Shown piece after piece: positions 41,681-41,908 of a DNA stretch of 41,908 nt. The notes beneath the pieces are model-generated. The model was not told where the DNA came from. It worked only from the letters and a program-made list of their open reading frames with translations, and ran no database searches. How positions within the stretch are numbered: the first letter of the stretch is position 1; each line of letters starts with the position of its first letter. The stretch is from Chromatiales bacterium (GTDB lineage Bacteria; Pseudomonadota; Gammaproteobacteria; SZUA-140), in contig DRLG01000103.1 in the NCBI GenBank assembly GCA_011053135.1, positions 1-41,908 on the forward strand, in the 5' to 3' direction. The translations under genes and the position numbers were made by a program.

Positions 41681-41908
41681 TCATCGCCCTCCCTTGCCCC
41701 ACGTCACCTCATGCGCCGTCTGCAGAATAATCACCAGATCCAGAAACAGGCTGTAGTTCTTGATGTAATACAGGTCATATTGCAGCTTTTCCATGGAATC
41801 CTTTTCCGAGGCGCCATAGGGATAACAGACCTGCGCCCAGCCCGTAATGCCCGGCTTGACCCGATGACGCTCGGAATAATAGGGGATCTGTTCCGACAGC
41901 TGGGTGAC
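41681..41908 (-). CDS. Bacterial sugar transferase (polyprenyl-phosphate glycosyl-1-phosphate transferase, EpsB type), C-terminal 75 codons only
   Basis: Not in the ORF track because it is open at the right edge. My reverse translation is VTQLSEQIPYYSERHRVKPGITGWAQVCYPYGASEKDSMEKLQYDLYYIKNYSLFLDLVIILQTAHEVTWGKGGR*, the conserved C-terminus of WbaP/EpsB-type priming transferases (KPGITGWAQV, DLYYI.N.S). Stop TGA is at 41681-41683, 27 nt before prsK. Confidence 0.8.
   Translation of the reverse strand, partial: VTQLSEQIPYYSERHRVKPGITGWAQVCYPYGASEKDSMEKLQYDLYYIKNYSLFLDLVIILQTAHEVTWGKGGR

Noticed and set aside
1-41908. Mobile elements, CRISPR arrays, tRNA/rRNA genes, toxin-antitoxin or defence systems
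   Set aside because: No transposase, integrase or recombinase-like ORF was found. I saw no regularly spaced direct repeats, no cloverleaf-like or rRNA-like segments, and no small paired ORFs outside the polysaccharide genes. The low-GC block has no recognisable island boundaries such as att-like repeats.

Overview
Almost the whole window is one exopolysaccharide locus of the exosortase A (XrtA) / PEP-CTERM type. This system is already described (Haft et al. 2006; TIGRFAM PEP-CTERM locus families), so I do not claim a new system. There is no rRNA, tRNA, CRISPR array, transposase, integrase or phage gene.

Layout, right to left on the minus strand:
- 3' end of a priming sugar transferase
- prsK-prsR, a histidine kinase and a sigma-54 activator
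- two tandem prsT TPR paralogs
- after a divergent 640-bp control region, an operon of about 20 kb: epsE-epsF-epsG-epsL, wecB, polysaccharide deacetylase, FemAB-like protein, an xrtA-epsI fusion, AsnB-like amidotransferase, SAM methyltransferase, second AsnB-like, glycosyltransferase, AlgD-like GDP-mannose 6-dehydrogenase, glycosyltransferase, second deacetylase, O-antigen-ligase-like protein
- accessory genes at the left end: a third, divergent AsnB-like (+), a secreted TPR protein, a CelD/FemAB-like acyltransferase (+), a glycosyltransferase, a membrane-anchored heparinase II/III-like protein, and an edge-truncated secreted Kelch-like protein

The only plus-strand gene in the core is a 226-aa protein with a textbook PEP-CTERM sorting signal. 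It has a near-consensus sigma-54 promoter upstream and a perfect bidirectional terminator downstream.

Most unusual points:
- three AsnB paralogs, one with a degenerate glutaminase domain, plus a methyltransferase
- duplicated prsT
- AlgD with WecB and a heparinase-like protein but no alginate machinery
- a jump of at least 10 points in GC at about 32.3 kb
- a G-depleted CA-rich tract with a C9 run in the control region
- no Wzx flippase, PEP-CTERM-locus ATPase or acyl-CoA ligase/ACP set inside the window

All family assignments come from motif reading and recalled family knowledge, not from searches.
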